Part shown: piece by piece, positions 37,673 to 47,674 of the stretch
Layout: the number at the start of each line of letters is the position of its first letter
How positions within the stretch are numbered: position 1 is the first letter of the stretch
DNA from: an uncultured Desulfarculus sp.
GTDB taxonomy: Bacteria > Desulfobacterota > Desulfarculia > Desulfarculales > Desulfarculaceae
Direction of reading: 5' to 3'
DNA: 64,000 nt
Assembly (NCBI GenBank): GCA_963665125.2
Contig: CAXXUK010000002.1
Span: 256,001 to 320,000 of the forward strand
Notes under the pieces: generated by a model
What the model was told of the DNA's origin: nothing
Seen by the model: the letters and a program-made list of their open reading frames with translations, nothing else
Database searches by the model: none
Translations under genes and position numbers: made by a program

Positions 37673-38293
37673 TCAGGTGGCTGGTGTGTCAAACAGCCCA
37701 CGCCGGGCCGCGATCTCGCTGGCCCTTTGCAAGTCTTCGGGAAGGTTTACGTTCAGAAAAGCGCAGCCGCCGGGGTCCAGGGCGGCCACCTGGTCCAGAC
37801 CGAGAAACAGAGTCCTTTTTTCACTGAGCACCCTCCGGATGCGGCGTTCACCCTTTTCCAGCAGGCCCATGGCCGGGGCCAGACACTGGCGGCTGTACCA
37901 GGCGCATAGGGGCTCCAGGCCGCCGGGCGTGATGGGCACGATGGCCCATTTTGTTTCGTGGCCCTTGGCCAAAAAACGAAGCATCTCCATGCTCATCAGG
38001 GGCAGATCCACGGCCAAAAGCAGCACCGATTCGGCGTCGCTGTCCAGAAAGGCCGTGGCCAGGGCATTGAGGGGGCCCTGGCCGGGCCAGCGGTCGGCCA
38101 CGATATCCACCGGCACGTCGGCCATACCGGCCACATCCACGGTAACTATCATCACCTTGGGGCAGACGGCGGCCAGCTTGTCCACGGCGATGTCGATGAG
38201 GCGGCGTCCGGCTATGGTCCGCTGGGGCTTGCCGCCGCCGATTCGGCTGCCAGGCCCGCCGGCGGCCACCACGCCCAAAGGGGGGGTGGTCAT
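37673..38293 (-). CDS. mobA: Molybdenum cofactor guanylyltransferase
   Basis: AGGPGSRIGGGK, GPL, AVDLP, EPLCAWY, FLNVNLPEDL. Confidence 0.88.
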   Translation of the reverse strand: MTTPPLGVVAAGGPGSRIGGGKPQRTIAGRRLIDIAVDKLAAVCPKVMIVTVDVAGMADVPVDIVADRWPGQGPLNALATAFLDSDAESVLLLAVDLPLMSMEMLRFLAKGHETKWAIVPITPGGLEPLCAWYSRQCLAPAMGLLEKGERRIRRVLSEKRTLFLGLDQVAALDPGGCAFLNVNLPEDLQRASEIAARRGLFDTPAT

Positions 38294-38721
38294 TGCCGGG
38301 CGTCCCCTGGTTCAACGCGGTCCTCCCGCTCCAGAACCGCCACCGCCTCATGGTCCTTGTTCAGCCAGATGGCGCAGCGTTCGCACGGCCCCAGACAGCG
38401 GGTGGGCCTGCACTCCCGGACCTGATAACAAGGTGTGTGTGGGTCGTCAAAGGCCGCGCAAAGCTCTTTTTCCAGGCAGCCGAACACGTTCCAGCACGGC
38501 GCCAGCAATAGAAGGTTGCGCAGGCAGGCCAGGGTGAACCCCCGGTCGTGGATCAGGATGTTGATCCGCCTGATCTGGGCGATGTCGAACTCGCTGTACA
38601 GACGGTTGTTGGTCTTGGCGTCGCGCATGGGTTTGATAAAACCCTCTTTTTCATATTCGCGGATGCGCTTTTGCGAAAGATCGACCCGCCGCGACACTTC
38701 ATTTATAAGGTGCGTTTCCAT
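38290..38721 (-). CDS. MerR-family regulator with a Cys-rich C-terminus
   Basis: IREYEKEGFIKP.R..TNNRLYS; C-terminal PCW...C...C...PCY...C...C...CERC. Confidence 0.85.
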   Translation of the reverse strand: METHLINEVSRRVDLSQKRIREYEKEGFIKPMRDAKTNNRLYSEFDIAQIRRINILIHDRGFTLACLRNLLLLAPCWNVFGCLEKELCAAFDDPHTPCYQVRECRPTRCLGPCERCAIWLNKDHEAVAVLEREDRVEPGDARQ

Positions 38722-38859
38722 GCCGTCACCAAACTGAAATATATCTATACAAAACTTTGTGCAGAATCCTGCAAACTATTACCACAGCAATGCCGCCCCT
38801 GGCAAGCCGCCCTCAAGGCGCGGATTTACAAAAACGCTCGGATGCAGTATGAAAAAGTC

Positions 38860-39441
38860 ATGAGCGCAAGCACACCAAATAACGCCCCCGTGGTGGTGGG
38901 CATCTCCGGCGCCAGCGGCGCGGCCTACGGCATCGGCCTGCTCCGGGCCCTCAAGGGCCTGGGCATACCCTCGGCCTGCGTGATCAGCCGGGCCGCCGTC
39001 CGCACCATCGAGCTGGAAACGGACCTCACGCCAACCGACGTGGCGGCCCTGGCCGACACGGCCTATGACGCCGGCGATATCGCCGCGCCCCTGGCCAGCG
39101 GTTCGTTCATCACCAGGGGCATGGTAATCGCCCCTTGCAGCATCAAGACGCTGTCGGCCGTGGCCAACTCCTACGGCGACAACCTGTTGACCAGGGCCGC
39201 TGACGTGCACCTCAAGGAACGGCGGCCCCTGGTGCTGATGGTCCGGGAGACGCCCCTGCACGGCGGCCATTTGGAATTGATGGCCCGCTGCGACCGTTAC
39301 GGCGCCATCATCCTGCCGCCGGTTCCGGCCTTTTATCACCGGCCCCAGACCATCGACGACATCATCAACCAAAGCGTGGGCAAGGCCCTGGACGCCCTGG
39401 GCATCGGCCACGACATCTTCGCCCGCTGGGAGGGCCCATGA
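38860..39441 (+). CDS. ubiX: Flavin prenyltransferase
   Basis: VGISGASG, ASGS, APCSIKTL, RAADVHLKERR, RETPL, PAFY. Confidence 0.93.
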   Translation: MSASTPNNAPVVVGISGASGAAYGIGLLRALKGLGIPSACVISRAAVRTIELETDLTPTDVAALADTAYDAGDIAAPLASGSFITRGMVIAPCSIKTLSAVANSYGDNLLTRAADVHLKERRPLVLMVRETPLHGGHLELMARCDRYGAIILPPVPAFYHRPQTIDDIINQSVGKALDALGIGHDIFARWEGP

Positions 39442-40172
39442 TCGAGACGCTGGAGGACCTGGGCGGAGTGGCCCTGGAACCCGGCCAAAGCTTCAATTTT
39501 CAGTGCCGCCCCGGCCTGGAATGCTTTGGTATGTGTTGCCGCAATAAACGCCTGCCGCTGTGGCCCTATGACATGCTGCGTCTGCGGCGGGGCCTGAAAA
39601 AGCCCTCGGACGCCATATTGGCCGAGTTTGTCGAATTGGAAACCGACCCCCGTTCGGGCTGGCCCGCCCTGCGCCTGAAGCTCAGGGACGACGGCTCATG
39701 CCCCTTCGTGGGCCATGGCGGCGGCTGCACGGTATACGAGCACCGGCCCGCCTGCTGCCGCATCTATCCCCTTGCCCGGGCCGTGGCCCCGCCCAGGGGC
39801 GGCAAACCGGCCAGCGAAATCTTCATCATCCAGGACGCGCCGGGCTGCCAGGGCCTGGAACAGGCCAACCCCATGGACAGCGCCCGCTGGAGCGCCGACC
39901 AGGGCCTAGGTCCCTATCAAAAGGCCAACAACCGCCTGCTGCGCCTGTTGATGCACCCCCGCCGGGTGGGGGCCGTTAGCCTCAACCCGGCCCAGACCCA
40001 CGCCTTTATTGCCGCGCTGTACAACCTGGACGTGTTTCGCAGCCAGGTGCGCCAGCCCGCCTTTGCCAAACAATACGGCATCGACAAAAAGGCCCTCAAA
40101 AAAGCCCTCAAGACCGACGAAGCCCTCATGGAGTTCAGCCAGGATTGGCTCACACGCATGCTTTTCGGCTAG
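39438..40172 (+). CDS. YkgJ-family cysteine-cluster protein
   Basis: C..CFGMCC, CPF...GCTVYEHRPACCRIYP. Confidence 0.85.
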   Translation: MIETLEDLGGVALEPGQSFNFQCRPGLECFGMCCRNKRLPLWPYDMLRLRRGLKKPSDAILAEFVELETDPRSGWPALRLKLRDDGSCPFVGHGGGCTVYEHRPACCRIYPLARAVAPPRGGKPASEIFIIQDAPGCQGLEQANPMDSARWSADQGLGPYQKANNRLLRLLMHPRRVGAVSLNPAQTHAFIAALYNLDVFRSQVRQPAFAKQYGIDKKALKKALKTDEALMEFSQDWLTRMLFG

Positions 40173-40319
40173 GCCCAGGGCCTGGGCAACACTCAAAGCA
40201 CGGATAAGCGGTAGGGGCCCCGGACAGGCCTTTTTGCTTAGCGCCAGGTTTATTCCTGACGCGGTGCCCTATCTATCGTTATGCCGACGCAAGCTTCCCG
40301 GAAAGCTGATTTTCCCCCT

Positions 40320-40368
40320 GGGGGAAGTGGGGACCCCCTTTCGACAAAGGTGGTCCCCGTCTCCCCCC
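40320..40368. repeat. REP-like long hairpin
   Basis: GGGGGA..GGGGACC.CCTTT-CGAC-AAAGG.GGTCCCC..TCCCCC. Confidence 0.55.
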
Positions 40369-40587
40369 TCCAAATGACGTTGCCTCAAGGCGAGCCTGAG
40401 GTTCCCTGGGAAAAACCAGTAGCAATAGTGAAGTCGTGCGTGTTGGAGAATGCATGAGACCGGTTGTCGCAGGCCTGCGTTACGCTACCGGCGCGAAAGG
40501 CCGTGCCAGATGACAGGCATGTGGCCGGTTGGGTTGCGCACTCTACATCAGCAACATCGTTGTTCAACGAAAAGGCTGGCCATGGAC

Positions 40588-40913
40588 GGCCAGCCCGGCG
40601 CAGCGCGCTAGCCATGCGCCGAAAGCCCCGGATCGGACTTGCTCCGTCCGGGGCGCTGCACCTTGGCCCAAGGACGGGCCGAGGTGCAAGAAATCGTAGG
40701 GCCAGCCCGGCGCAGCGCGCTAGCCATGCGCCGAAAGCCCCGGATCGGACTTGCTCCGTCCGGGGCGCTGCACCTTGGCCCAAGGACGGGCCGAGGTGCA
40801 AGAAATCGTAGGGCCAGCCCGGCGCAGCGCGCTAGCCACGCGCCGAAAGCCCCGGATCGGACTTGCTCCGTCCGGGGCGCTGCACCTTGGCCCAAGGACG
40901 GGCCGAGGTGCAA
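40588..40913. repeat. Tandem repeat, 112-bp unit, about 2.9 copies, three hairpins per unit
   Basis: Units start at 40588, 40700 and 40812 and are identical except for one T>C change in copy 3. Confidence 0.95.
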
Positions 40914-40976
40914 TAAAAAAGCTTTACGATATCCTGTAAGATCAAACGTCCCAGACTCGTCATGAAGGACCATGAA

Positions 40977-41074
40977 CCGTGGCTACAATCATGCGGGGCG
41001 GTTTCGTGCATCACGGGCGGCCGAGTACTCCGGAATTGGACCGGAAACGGACCAGGGCTCAGACCCGTGGCTAC
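40977..41074 (-). repeat. GTAG-type REP-like motifs
   Basis: GTAGCCACGG on the - strand at 40977-40986 and GTAGCCACGGGTCTGAGCCCTGG at 41052-41074. Confidence 0.5.
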
Positions 41075-41229
41075 TGGGTAATATTTTGTAGCCATTATTT
41101 AGGCGTCTGCGGACCGGCTTTTCTTTACACCTCCGCAAATTGTCTGCTAACTTGGATTCATTGAACAAAAAAACAAAACCTGGGAAGTTGTGGCCCGGGT
41201 CTGCAAACAATTAATAACAGGGGATTGCA

Positions 41230-42795
41230 ATGAAAAAACTTTGGATAGTGCTTGTGGCGGTGGTGGTCGTGGCTGTGGGCTTTGGAGCCTACTTCATGCT
41301 GGCCCCTGACGCGCATAAGATCAAAATACTTCTGGATACCAAGGCCAAGCCCGAGATCGAAAGGTCTCTGACCGAGGAATTGGGCGAGCCGGTGGTGCTG
41401 TCGTACAAGGATTCCGAAAGCACGGGCGAAGGCCTATTGCTTCATGAACTGGCGTTGGCCTCCGAAAAGAATCCCGACAAAAAAATCGTGGCCAAGACGG
41501 CCCTGCTGTCGGCTCTGGTCTATGACACCGACGGCTGGGGACTCACCGCCGAGCTCAAGGAAATCAGCGGCGCTGGCGGCATGAGCGGCGAAAGTATCAA
41601 GGTCGACAAATTCCACACCCTGTTTAGCGGACAAAAGGTCACCTTGGGTGGTCTGAGCGCCCGCAATTTGAAAATGACTAGGGGCGACGAATCCATGGCC
41701 CTGGAGGCTGCCGATTTCAGCGGTGTTGAGATCAATGAAGGCGACCATATCAAGGTGGCCAAGGGCATGATCAAGGGAATTACCGGCAACCCCGACAGCA
41801 CCGATGTCAAATTGGCCGGGGCCGAGATCGAAGGGTTTGAATTCAGCGACAAGAAGCAATTGTTCGTCCTTAACAAGGGCTCCATCAATGGTGCGGATAT
41901 CAAGGATTCCCGCAGTGAGGGCGGCCTGGAAAGCGCCTACATCGAGGGCGCTTATTTTGACGGCAAGGAAAACATCATCAAACTGGGCAAGGGCGAAATC
42001 AAGAGCATGCGCTTCATGGAAGAGGGCGACGGATTCACCCTGGCCGCGATGAATTTGGCGGGCATCCCCCAAATGGACCTGGACGAGCCCCAGACTTGGG
42101 GCATGGGCGTGACCACCATCGAAGGCCTGGATATCTATAACAACAACAAGAAGATGGCCTCGGTGGCCGGCGTCGAGGCGGAGTCCCTCAATTCCGCGGA
42201 GACCATCGGTCAGGTGCTCAAGATCAAAGACGTGTTCGTCGACAGCCAAGCCATGGATCCCGAGGACAGGGCAAAGCTGGAAATGTTCGGCCTCAAGGAA
42301 CTGCGCTTGAGCCTGGCCCTGGACTACGAGGCCAAACTCAAGGAAGAGACCGCCGAGCTCAAGGAACTGACCATCAACGGCCAGGACCTGGGCGATCTCA
42401 ACGTGACCGCCAAGCTCTCCGGCATCAAGATCGACCTGACCGATCCGGACAAGTCTCTTGAAGCCAGCCAGAACACGGCCATGATTGACGGATTCGGCCT
42501 CAAGTACGAGGACAAGGGCCTGGTCAAGAAGACCCTGGAAATGCAGGCCAAGCAGGCCGGCATGACCTATGAGCAGTTCGTCGAGAACCAGGTCAAGCCC
42601 ATGCTGGCCCAGGCCAAGCAGATGAACAGCCCCGAAATAACCCAGATGGCCAAGGCCGTTGAGTCTTTCCTCAACAATCCCGGAACGTTGACAGTCAGGC
42701 TCAACCCGCCCAAGCCGGTGAAGATCATGGCCCTTACGGGTATGGATCCGGCGGCTTCGGCAAAAGCTCTGGGACTGGAAGCCAAGGCCGACTAA
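41230..42795 (+). CDS. Hypothetical membrane-anchored periplasmic protein (repetitive beta-rich)
   Basis: N-terminal TM anchor; repeated amphipathic beta strands; host-like codon usage. Confidence 0.8.
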   Translation: MKKLWIVLVAVVVVAVGFGAYFMLAPDAHKIKILLDTKAKPEIERSLTEELGEPVVLSYKDSESTGEGLLLHELALASEKNPDKKIVAKTALLSALVYDTDGWGLTAELKEISGAGGMSGESIKVDKFHTLFSGQKVTLGGLSARNLKMTRGDESMALEAADFSGVEINEGDHIKVAKGMIKGITGNPDSTDVKLAGAEIEGFEFSDKKQLFVLNKGSINGADIKDSRSEGGLESAYIEGAYFDGKENIIKLGKGEIKSMRFMEEGDGFTLAAMNLAGIPQMDLDEPQTWGMGVTTIEGLDIYNNNKKMASVAGVEAESLNSAETIGQVLKIKDVFVDSQAMDPEDRAKLEMFGLKELRLSLALDYEAKLKEETAELKELTINGQDLGDLNVTAKLSGIKIDLTDPDKSLEASQNTAMIDGFGLKYEDKGLVKKTLEMQAKQAGMTYEQFVENQVKPMLAQAKQMNSPEITQMAKAVESFLNNPGTLTVRLNPPKPVKIMALTGMDPAASAKALGLEAKAD

Positions 42796-42860
42796 ACACC
42801 GCGATTGATATTTCGGCGCGGTCCCGTTTGGGGCCGCGCTGTTTTATATGAGTCAACCGC

Positions 42861-42888
42861 TTGACCGCGAACGGACGATCGGTATACT
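42861..42888 (+). promoter_or_regulatory. Sigma70 promoter and operator of tetR (probably leaderless)
   Basis: TTGACC-N16-TATACT, with the ATG 8 nt downstream; spacer CGGACGATCGGTAT resembles the inverted site at ~43570-43584. Confidence 0.55.
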
Positions 42889-42896
42889 ATTTTGCC

Positions 42897-43505
42897 ATGA
42901 AGCAGGACCAGAAGGAAAACAGGGCCGGACGCACCCGGCAGTTCATCATTGAGGCCGTGGCGCCCATTTTCAATAAAAAGGGCTACGCGGCAACCTCCAT
43001 TGCCGACCTGACCAAGGCCACCGGATTGACCAAGGGCGGAATCTACGGCAACTTCGCCAACAAGGACGAGGTGGCCCTGGCCTGCTTCAAATACAATTCG
43101 TCGTTGATCGCCGACAACATTGTCAAAGACGTCAAGGCCCAGAAGACCTACAAAGGCAAACTCCAAGCCATACCGGCGGTTTACCGCAGGCTGTATGACC
43201 GGGTAAAGGACAACGGCGGTTGTCCCCTGGTGAACACCGCAGCCGAGGCCGAGGAGATGCTGCCGGAACTGCGCCAAAAGGCCGCCCAGATGATAAAAAC
43301 CTGGCGGGGCACTCTGACGCATATCGTCAGCCGGGGCCAAGCCGGCGGAGAGTTTGACGGCGGCGTGGAGCCCGGTGATTTTGCCCAAGTGATCATTTCG
43401 CTCATCGAGGGTGGGGGCATCATGGCCAAGGCCACCGGCGACGACGCGTTTTTCCTGAGCGCCCTGGACCAAGTGGACCGACTAATCCAGGATATAAGCA
43501 TCTAA
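42897..43505 (+). CDS. TetR/AcrR-family regulator
   Basis: FNKKGYAATSIADLTKATGLTKGGIYGNFANKDE and GGCPL. Confidence 0.92.
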   Translation: MKQDQKENRAGRTRQFIIEAVAPIFNKKGYAATSIADLTKATGLTKGGIYGNFANKDEVALACFKYNSSLIADNIVKDVKAQKTYKGKLQAIPAVYRRLYDRVKDNGGCPLVNTAAEAEEMLPELRQKAAQMIKTWRGTLTHIVSRGQAGGEFDGGVEPGDFAQVIISLIEGGGIMAKATGDDAFFLSALDQVDRLIQDISI

Positions 43506-43629
43506 ATTTGACCAAAGCGAACAACCAAGGCAGCCCCAGGCATGCGGCCTTGGACTAGCGGTCAAGAAAATACCGAACGGTCTGTAGAAGCAGACGATCT
43601 CTTCGGTGGAAACCATGCAGGAGGATCAA

Positions 43630-44703
43630 ATGACCAACAACGATGTATATAAACAGCTTCAGCAAAGGCTCGACACCTATTCCGTGGGCTTCCCGGCAAC
43701 GGAGTCCGGCGTCGAGATCGAAATCCTCAAATATCTTTTTACAGAAGAAGATGCCGAACTGTTTCTTCAGCTAAGCCACAAGGTGGAGACTCCCGAGGAG
43801 ATCGCCCCCAGGGTCGGCAAGCCGGTTGACGAACTGGCTGAGCAGTTGGAACGCATGGCCGCCGCCGGTCTGCTGTTCAGGCTGGCCAGTGGCGACATCA
43901 AGCGTTACGGCGCCATCCCCTTTATCCATGGCCTGTTCGAGTTTCAGGTCCACCGGATGAGCCGGGAACTGGGCGAGCTGATGGAGAGGTATTTCAACGA
44001 GGCGGCCTTTGAAAAGGCCATGTCCACCAGCACCCCTGCGTTTCTGCGGCCCATTCCGGTGCAACAGGCCGTGCCCGTGCAACACAGCGTGGCCGCCTTT
44101 GACGATGCGGTGGCCCTCTTGCGGCAGGCCAAACAGATCGTCATTACCGACTGTGTCTGCCGCAAGCAGAAGAACAGCATAGACCAGGGCTGCGGCAAGC
44201 CCCTGGATGTCTGCTTCATGTTCGGCTCCATGGGCCAGTATTACCTGGATCACGACATGGGCCGCAAAATTACGGTGGAAGAGGGCATCGAGCTTCTAAA
44301 GAAGGCCCAGGAAGCAGGTCTGGTCACCCAGCCGGGCACGGCCCAGAATCCGGCGGGCATGTGCAATTGCTGCGGTGACTGCTGCGGTGTGCTGCGCACA
44401 CTCAGAAAGCTGCCCAATCCCGGCGAGATCGTTTACACCAACCACTTCGCGGTGGTGGCTGCCGACGACTGTACCGGTTGCGAGACGTGCCTGGACCGCT
44501 GCCAGATGGACGCCATTTTCATCAATGATGACGACGTGGCCCAGATCAAGCCGGAGCGTTGCATCGGCTGCGGCCTGTGCGTGACCACCTGCCCCACCGA
44601 GGCCATCACTCTTGAGGCCAAGCCCGCCGATAAGTTCGTCGAGCCGCCCAAGACCTCGGCCGAACAGATGGCCCACATGGCCAAGATCCGTGGTTTGATC
44701 TAA
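43630..44703 (+). CDS. Iron-sulfur cluster-binding protein (C-terminal 2x[4Fe-4S])
   Basis: CVCR, CNCCGDCC, CTGCETCLDRC, CIGCGLCVTTCP. Confidence 0.9.
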   Translation: MTNNDVYKQLQQRLDTYSVGFPATESGVEIEILKYLFTEEDAELFLQLSHKVETPEEIAPRVGKPVDELAEQLERMAAAGLLFRLASGDIKRYGAIPFIHGLFEFQVHRMSRELGELMERYFNEAAFEKAMSTSTPAFLRPIPVQQAVPVQHSVAAFDDAVALLRQAKQIVITDCVCRKQKNSIDQGCGKPLDVCFMFGSMGQYYLDHDMGRKITVEEGIELLKKAQEAGLVTQPGTAQNPAGMCNCCGDCCGVLRTLRKLPNPGEIVYTNHFAVVAADDCTGCETCLDRCQMDAIFINDDDVAQIKPERCIGCGLCVTTCPTEAITLEAKPADKFVEPPKTSAEQMAHMAKIRGLI

Positions 44704-44774
44704 CCAACCAAGAGCCACAAAAAAGCCGGATGGACCCCAGCGGCCCGTCCTGCTTTGCCGTTTTTGATGCCGGC

Positions 44775-46694
44775 CTAGCTTTGTCGTCTGAGCATCAGCA
44801 GGGTCAGGTCGTCGAACTGCTCGGCCTCTCCCGTGAAGCGGCGGTGGGCGTCCACCAGGTCGTTGATCATGTCCGGCGCGCCGCCCTCCTCGGCCTGGTC
44901 CAGCCACCGGACGATGCGCTCCATGCCGAACATCTCTTCGGCCGGGTTGATGCCCTCGTCCAGGCCATCGGTGAAGGCCAGCAGGATTTCATCCTTTTGC
45001 AGCACGGTTTCGGCCCGGGTCAGGCCCAGTTCGTCAAAGATGCCCACGGCCATGCCGTCGGTCTGCTCCAGGGGCTCCACCGCGCCGTCGGTCCGGCGGA
45101 CAAAGGGCGCCGGGTGGCCTGCGCAGCAATAGACCAACTCGCCCGTGGCCAGGTTGTATATGCCGTAAAACACCGTGACGAACATGCACATTTCATTCTC
45201 GGGCATAATCTGGCTGTTGACCTCGGTCAGCACTTCGTCCGGATAGGGGCTGTGGGCCGCGGCGTTTTTAATCAGGGTGCGGGCCACGGTCATGAACAGG
45301 GCCGCTGGCACGCCCTTGCCCGAGACGTCGGCCACCACCACGCCCACCCGGTCCTTATCGAGCATGAAGAAATCATAGAAGTCGCCGCCGACCTCCCTGG
45401 CCGGAATGGTCTTGGCAAAGATGTCCATTTCGGGCCGCTCGGGGAAGGCGGGATAGGTCCGGGGCAGGATGGACTGCTGGATATTGGAGGCCATGTCCAG
45501 TTCGCTCTGGATGCGTTCCTTGGCAGCGGTGGTCTCGGTCAACTGGGCCACATGGCGCTTGAGGTCGGCCACCATGGTGTTGAAGCTCTCGGCCAGGTCG
45601 CCTATCTCGTCGCCGGGCCGAACGCCCGTGACCGTTGTGTCCAGATCGCCTGCGGCCAGGCGGGCCGCGGCGGCCGAAAGGTCGCGCAGGGGCTTGGTCA
45701 GGCCCATGACCAGCAGCCAAACCACCAAGACAATACCCAACAGGCCCATGGTCAGGGTGACGGCCTGGCGCTTGGCCAGGCCCCAGGCCGGGGCCATCAC
45801 TTCGGCTTCGTCCAGCACAACGCCAACGCTCCAGCCCACGCCCTCCACCGGCGCATAGGCCAGCCAAACCATTTGGGAGTTTTCAAGGCTTTCGGTTCGG
45901 ATCACCGCGCTTTCGCCGGCCACCATTTTTTGCCCGATCCTGCGCAGTTCCTCGGACCCGCGTTCTTCGGCCAGGGAAAAGATGGACTGGCGCATCACCA
46001 GGTCGTCCTTGGGCGCGGCGATGAACTTGCCGGTTTGGCTGATCATGAAGGCCCAGCCTGATTTGCCTACCTGCAGACCCGCCACCTTGCGTTTGAGGCT
46101 CTCCAGGGATATATCGGCGGTCATGATGCCCCAGAGTCGCTGGTCCCGGAGCATGGGCGCGCTAAAGGTGCACATCAGCACGTTGCCGCCGCCCTCGTCA
46201 TAGTATGGTTCGCTCCATATCGGCCGCTGAAGCAGGGCCGGGACCTGATACCAATCCCAGATGGGGTAATTGTAGGAGGGATCGTCCAGGTTTGTCTTTT
46301 CCAGGCCGAGAGTGCCCCTGAAATAGTATGGCCCGAAAAGGCGCCGGTTCGGTTTGAAGGCATAGGGCTCGAAGGCCACGGCCATGCCGAAGACCTGGGG
46401 CGAGTAGTTCATCACCGAAATGATCAGGTCGTCTATTTTCTTTTCCGTGGGCTGGGGCATCACCTCCAGGGCCGCCGAGGCGATCAGGGGGCGATCGGCC
46501 ATCTGGGCCATGCGCAGGGCGATTTTCGTGGCCTGCAGGCGGGCCAGTTCGCACAACTCCGAGCGCCGCGTCTCCAGCAGGGCCTTGCGGGCTTCATAAA
46601 ACGATACAACGCCGGTGGCCGCGCCCACGGCCAACACGCCGGCGGCCACGAACAACACGAAACGGGCCCGGAGTTTTAATTTGCGCGGTTTCAT
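44775..46694 (-). CDS. Cache-HAMP-SpoIIE (PP2C, RsbU-like) phosphatase
   Basis: TM-dCache (WYQVP...WSEPYYD)-TM-HAMP; VGGDFYD, ADVSGKGVPAAL, FTDGL, DDLT. Confidence 0.92.
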   Translation of the reverse strand: MKPRKLKLRARFVLFVAAGVLAVGAATGVVSFYEARKALLETRRSELCELARLQATKIALRMAQMADRPLIASAALEVMPQPTEKKIDDLIISVMNYSPQVFGMAVAFEPYAFKPNRRLFGPYYFRGTLGLEKTNLDDPSYNYPIWDWYQVPALLQRPIWSEPYYDEGGGNVLMCTFSAPMLRDQRLWGIMTADISLESLKRKVAGLQVGKSGWAFMISQTGKFIAAPKDDLVMRQSIFSLAEERGSEELRRIGQKMVAGESAVIRTESLENSQMVWLAYAPVEGVGWSVGVVLDEAEVMAPAWGLAKRQAVTLTMGLLGIVLVVWLLVMGLTKPLRDLSAAAARLAAGDLDTTVTGVRPGDEIGDLAESFNTMVADLKRHVAQLTETTAAKERIQSELDMASNIQQSILPRTYPAFPERPEMDIFAKTIPAREVGGDFYDFFMLDKDRVGVVVADVSGKGVPAALFMTVARTLIKNAAAHSPYPDEVLTEVNSQIMPENEMCMFVTVFYGIYNLATGELVYCCAGHPAPFVRRTDGAVEPLEQTDGMAVGIFDELGLTRAETVLQKDEILLAFTDGLDEGINPAEEMFGMERIVRWLDQAEEGGAPDMINDLVDAHRRFTGEAEQFDDLTLLMLRRQS

Positions 46695-47674
46695 TGTTGC
46701 TTTCTCCAGGCCGGAACACTGAAGCCTTGCCACACGACAGGCATATCAATGAGCCCTTGGCGGGAGAGGCCGTTGTTGGTTTGGTTGAAGTCTTCCGGGT
46801 TGAGCATGCCCATGGTTGTATCCCGGCGGGGCATGATTAAACCGCGCATGGTGTCCAACATCCATTTTTGGTGGGCCCGGTTGGTGGATGATTGATCCGC
46901 CTCCACCCTTTTCATCACGCCTTCCAGGGCCTTTTCGGGCTGCTCAAAGGCCAGTCCCCAGCCCTCCAGGGTGGCGGCAACGAAGCGGCGACACATGTCG
47001 GGGTTTTTATCCCAGGTTTTTTGCATGGTGTATATGCCGTCTTCAGGGAAATTGGTGCCGTAGTCGGCCAGGTCGAAGATCTGCATCTGGTCGAAATCGA
47101 CGCCCATCTGGTAGAGCACATGAAGTTCGTTGTAGCGCATGGCCGAGGCTGCGGCCACGGCGCCGGAAGTCAATAGGACCATTGTCGAGCCCTGGGGCGC
47201 CACGTCCACGGCCACGGCCTCGCTGCGCAGCATGGCCTTTGGCGACAGGGACAACAGGCCGCCCCACATGCCCACCCTCTTGAGCCGCAGGTCCTTGAGC
47301 TCCTTGACGCCGGATTTTTTCAGGGCCACCAGCAGCACGGCCGATTTCTGGACGAGTTGGGCAAGGTGCAAAAGCTTGACGCCTTTTTCCTTTTTGACAA
47401 TGGCCTCCGATAGCCAGGCTATGGCAAAGTCGCACTTGCCCTGGGCCAGCAGGTCCAGGGGCACAACTGTCGGACCGCCTTTGCGGATGTCGACCTCCAG
47501 GCCGTATTTTCCATAAATGCCCTGGTCCTGGGCCATGTATACGCCGGCGAACTGGGCCTGGTTGACCCACATCAACTGGACCGAGACCTTGTCCAGGGCC
47601 ATGGCCGAGCCGCAAACCAAAAAAAGCAGGACAACCAAAGCAGCCGCTGCGGCCGTCCTGGGCAGGATAGCCAA
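46691..47674 (-). CDS. NMT1/THI5-like periplasmic substrate-binding protein
   Basis: QLMWVNQAQFAGVYMA..GIY..YGLEV, YNE, FVAATLEGW; ATGA overlap with the phosphatase gene. Confidence 0.85.
   Translation of the reverse strand: MAILPRTAAAAALVVLLFLVCGSAMALDKVSVQLMWVNQAQFAGVYMAQDQGIYGKYGLEVDIRKGGPTVVPLDLLAQGKCDFAIAWLSEAIVKKEKGVKLLHLAQLVQKSAVLLVALKKSGVKELKDLRLKRVGMWGGLLSLSPKAMLRSEAVAVDVAPQGSTMVLLTSGAVAAASAMRYNELHVLYQMGVDFDQMQIFDLADYGTNFPEDGIYTMQKTWDKNPDMCRRFVAATLEGWGLAFEQPEKALEGVMKRVEADQSSTNRAHQKWMLDTMRGLIMPRRDTTMGMLNPEDFNQTNNGLSRQGLIDMPVVWQGFSVPAWRKQQ

Noticed and set aside
40588..40913. CRISPR array
   Set aside because: 112-bp head-to-tail units with no unique spacers and no cas genes in the window.
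40385..41210. ORFs over the repeat region
   Set aside because: Products are out-of-frame repeats of the DNA unit (112 is not a multiple of 3) with no protein-like features.
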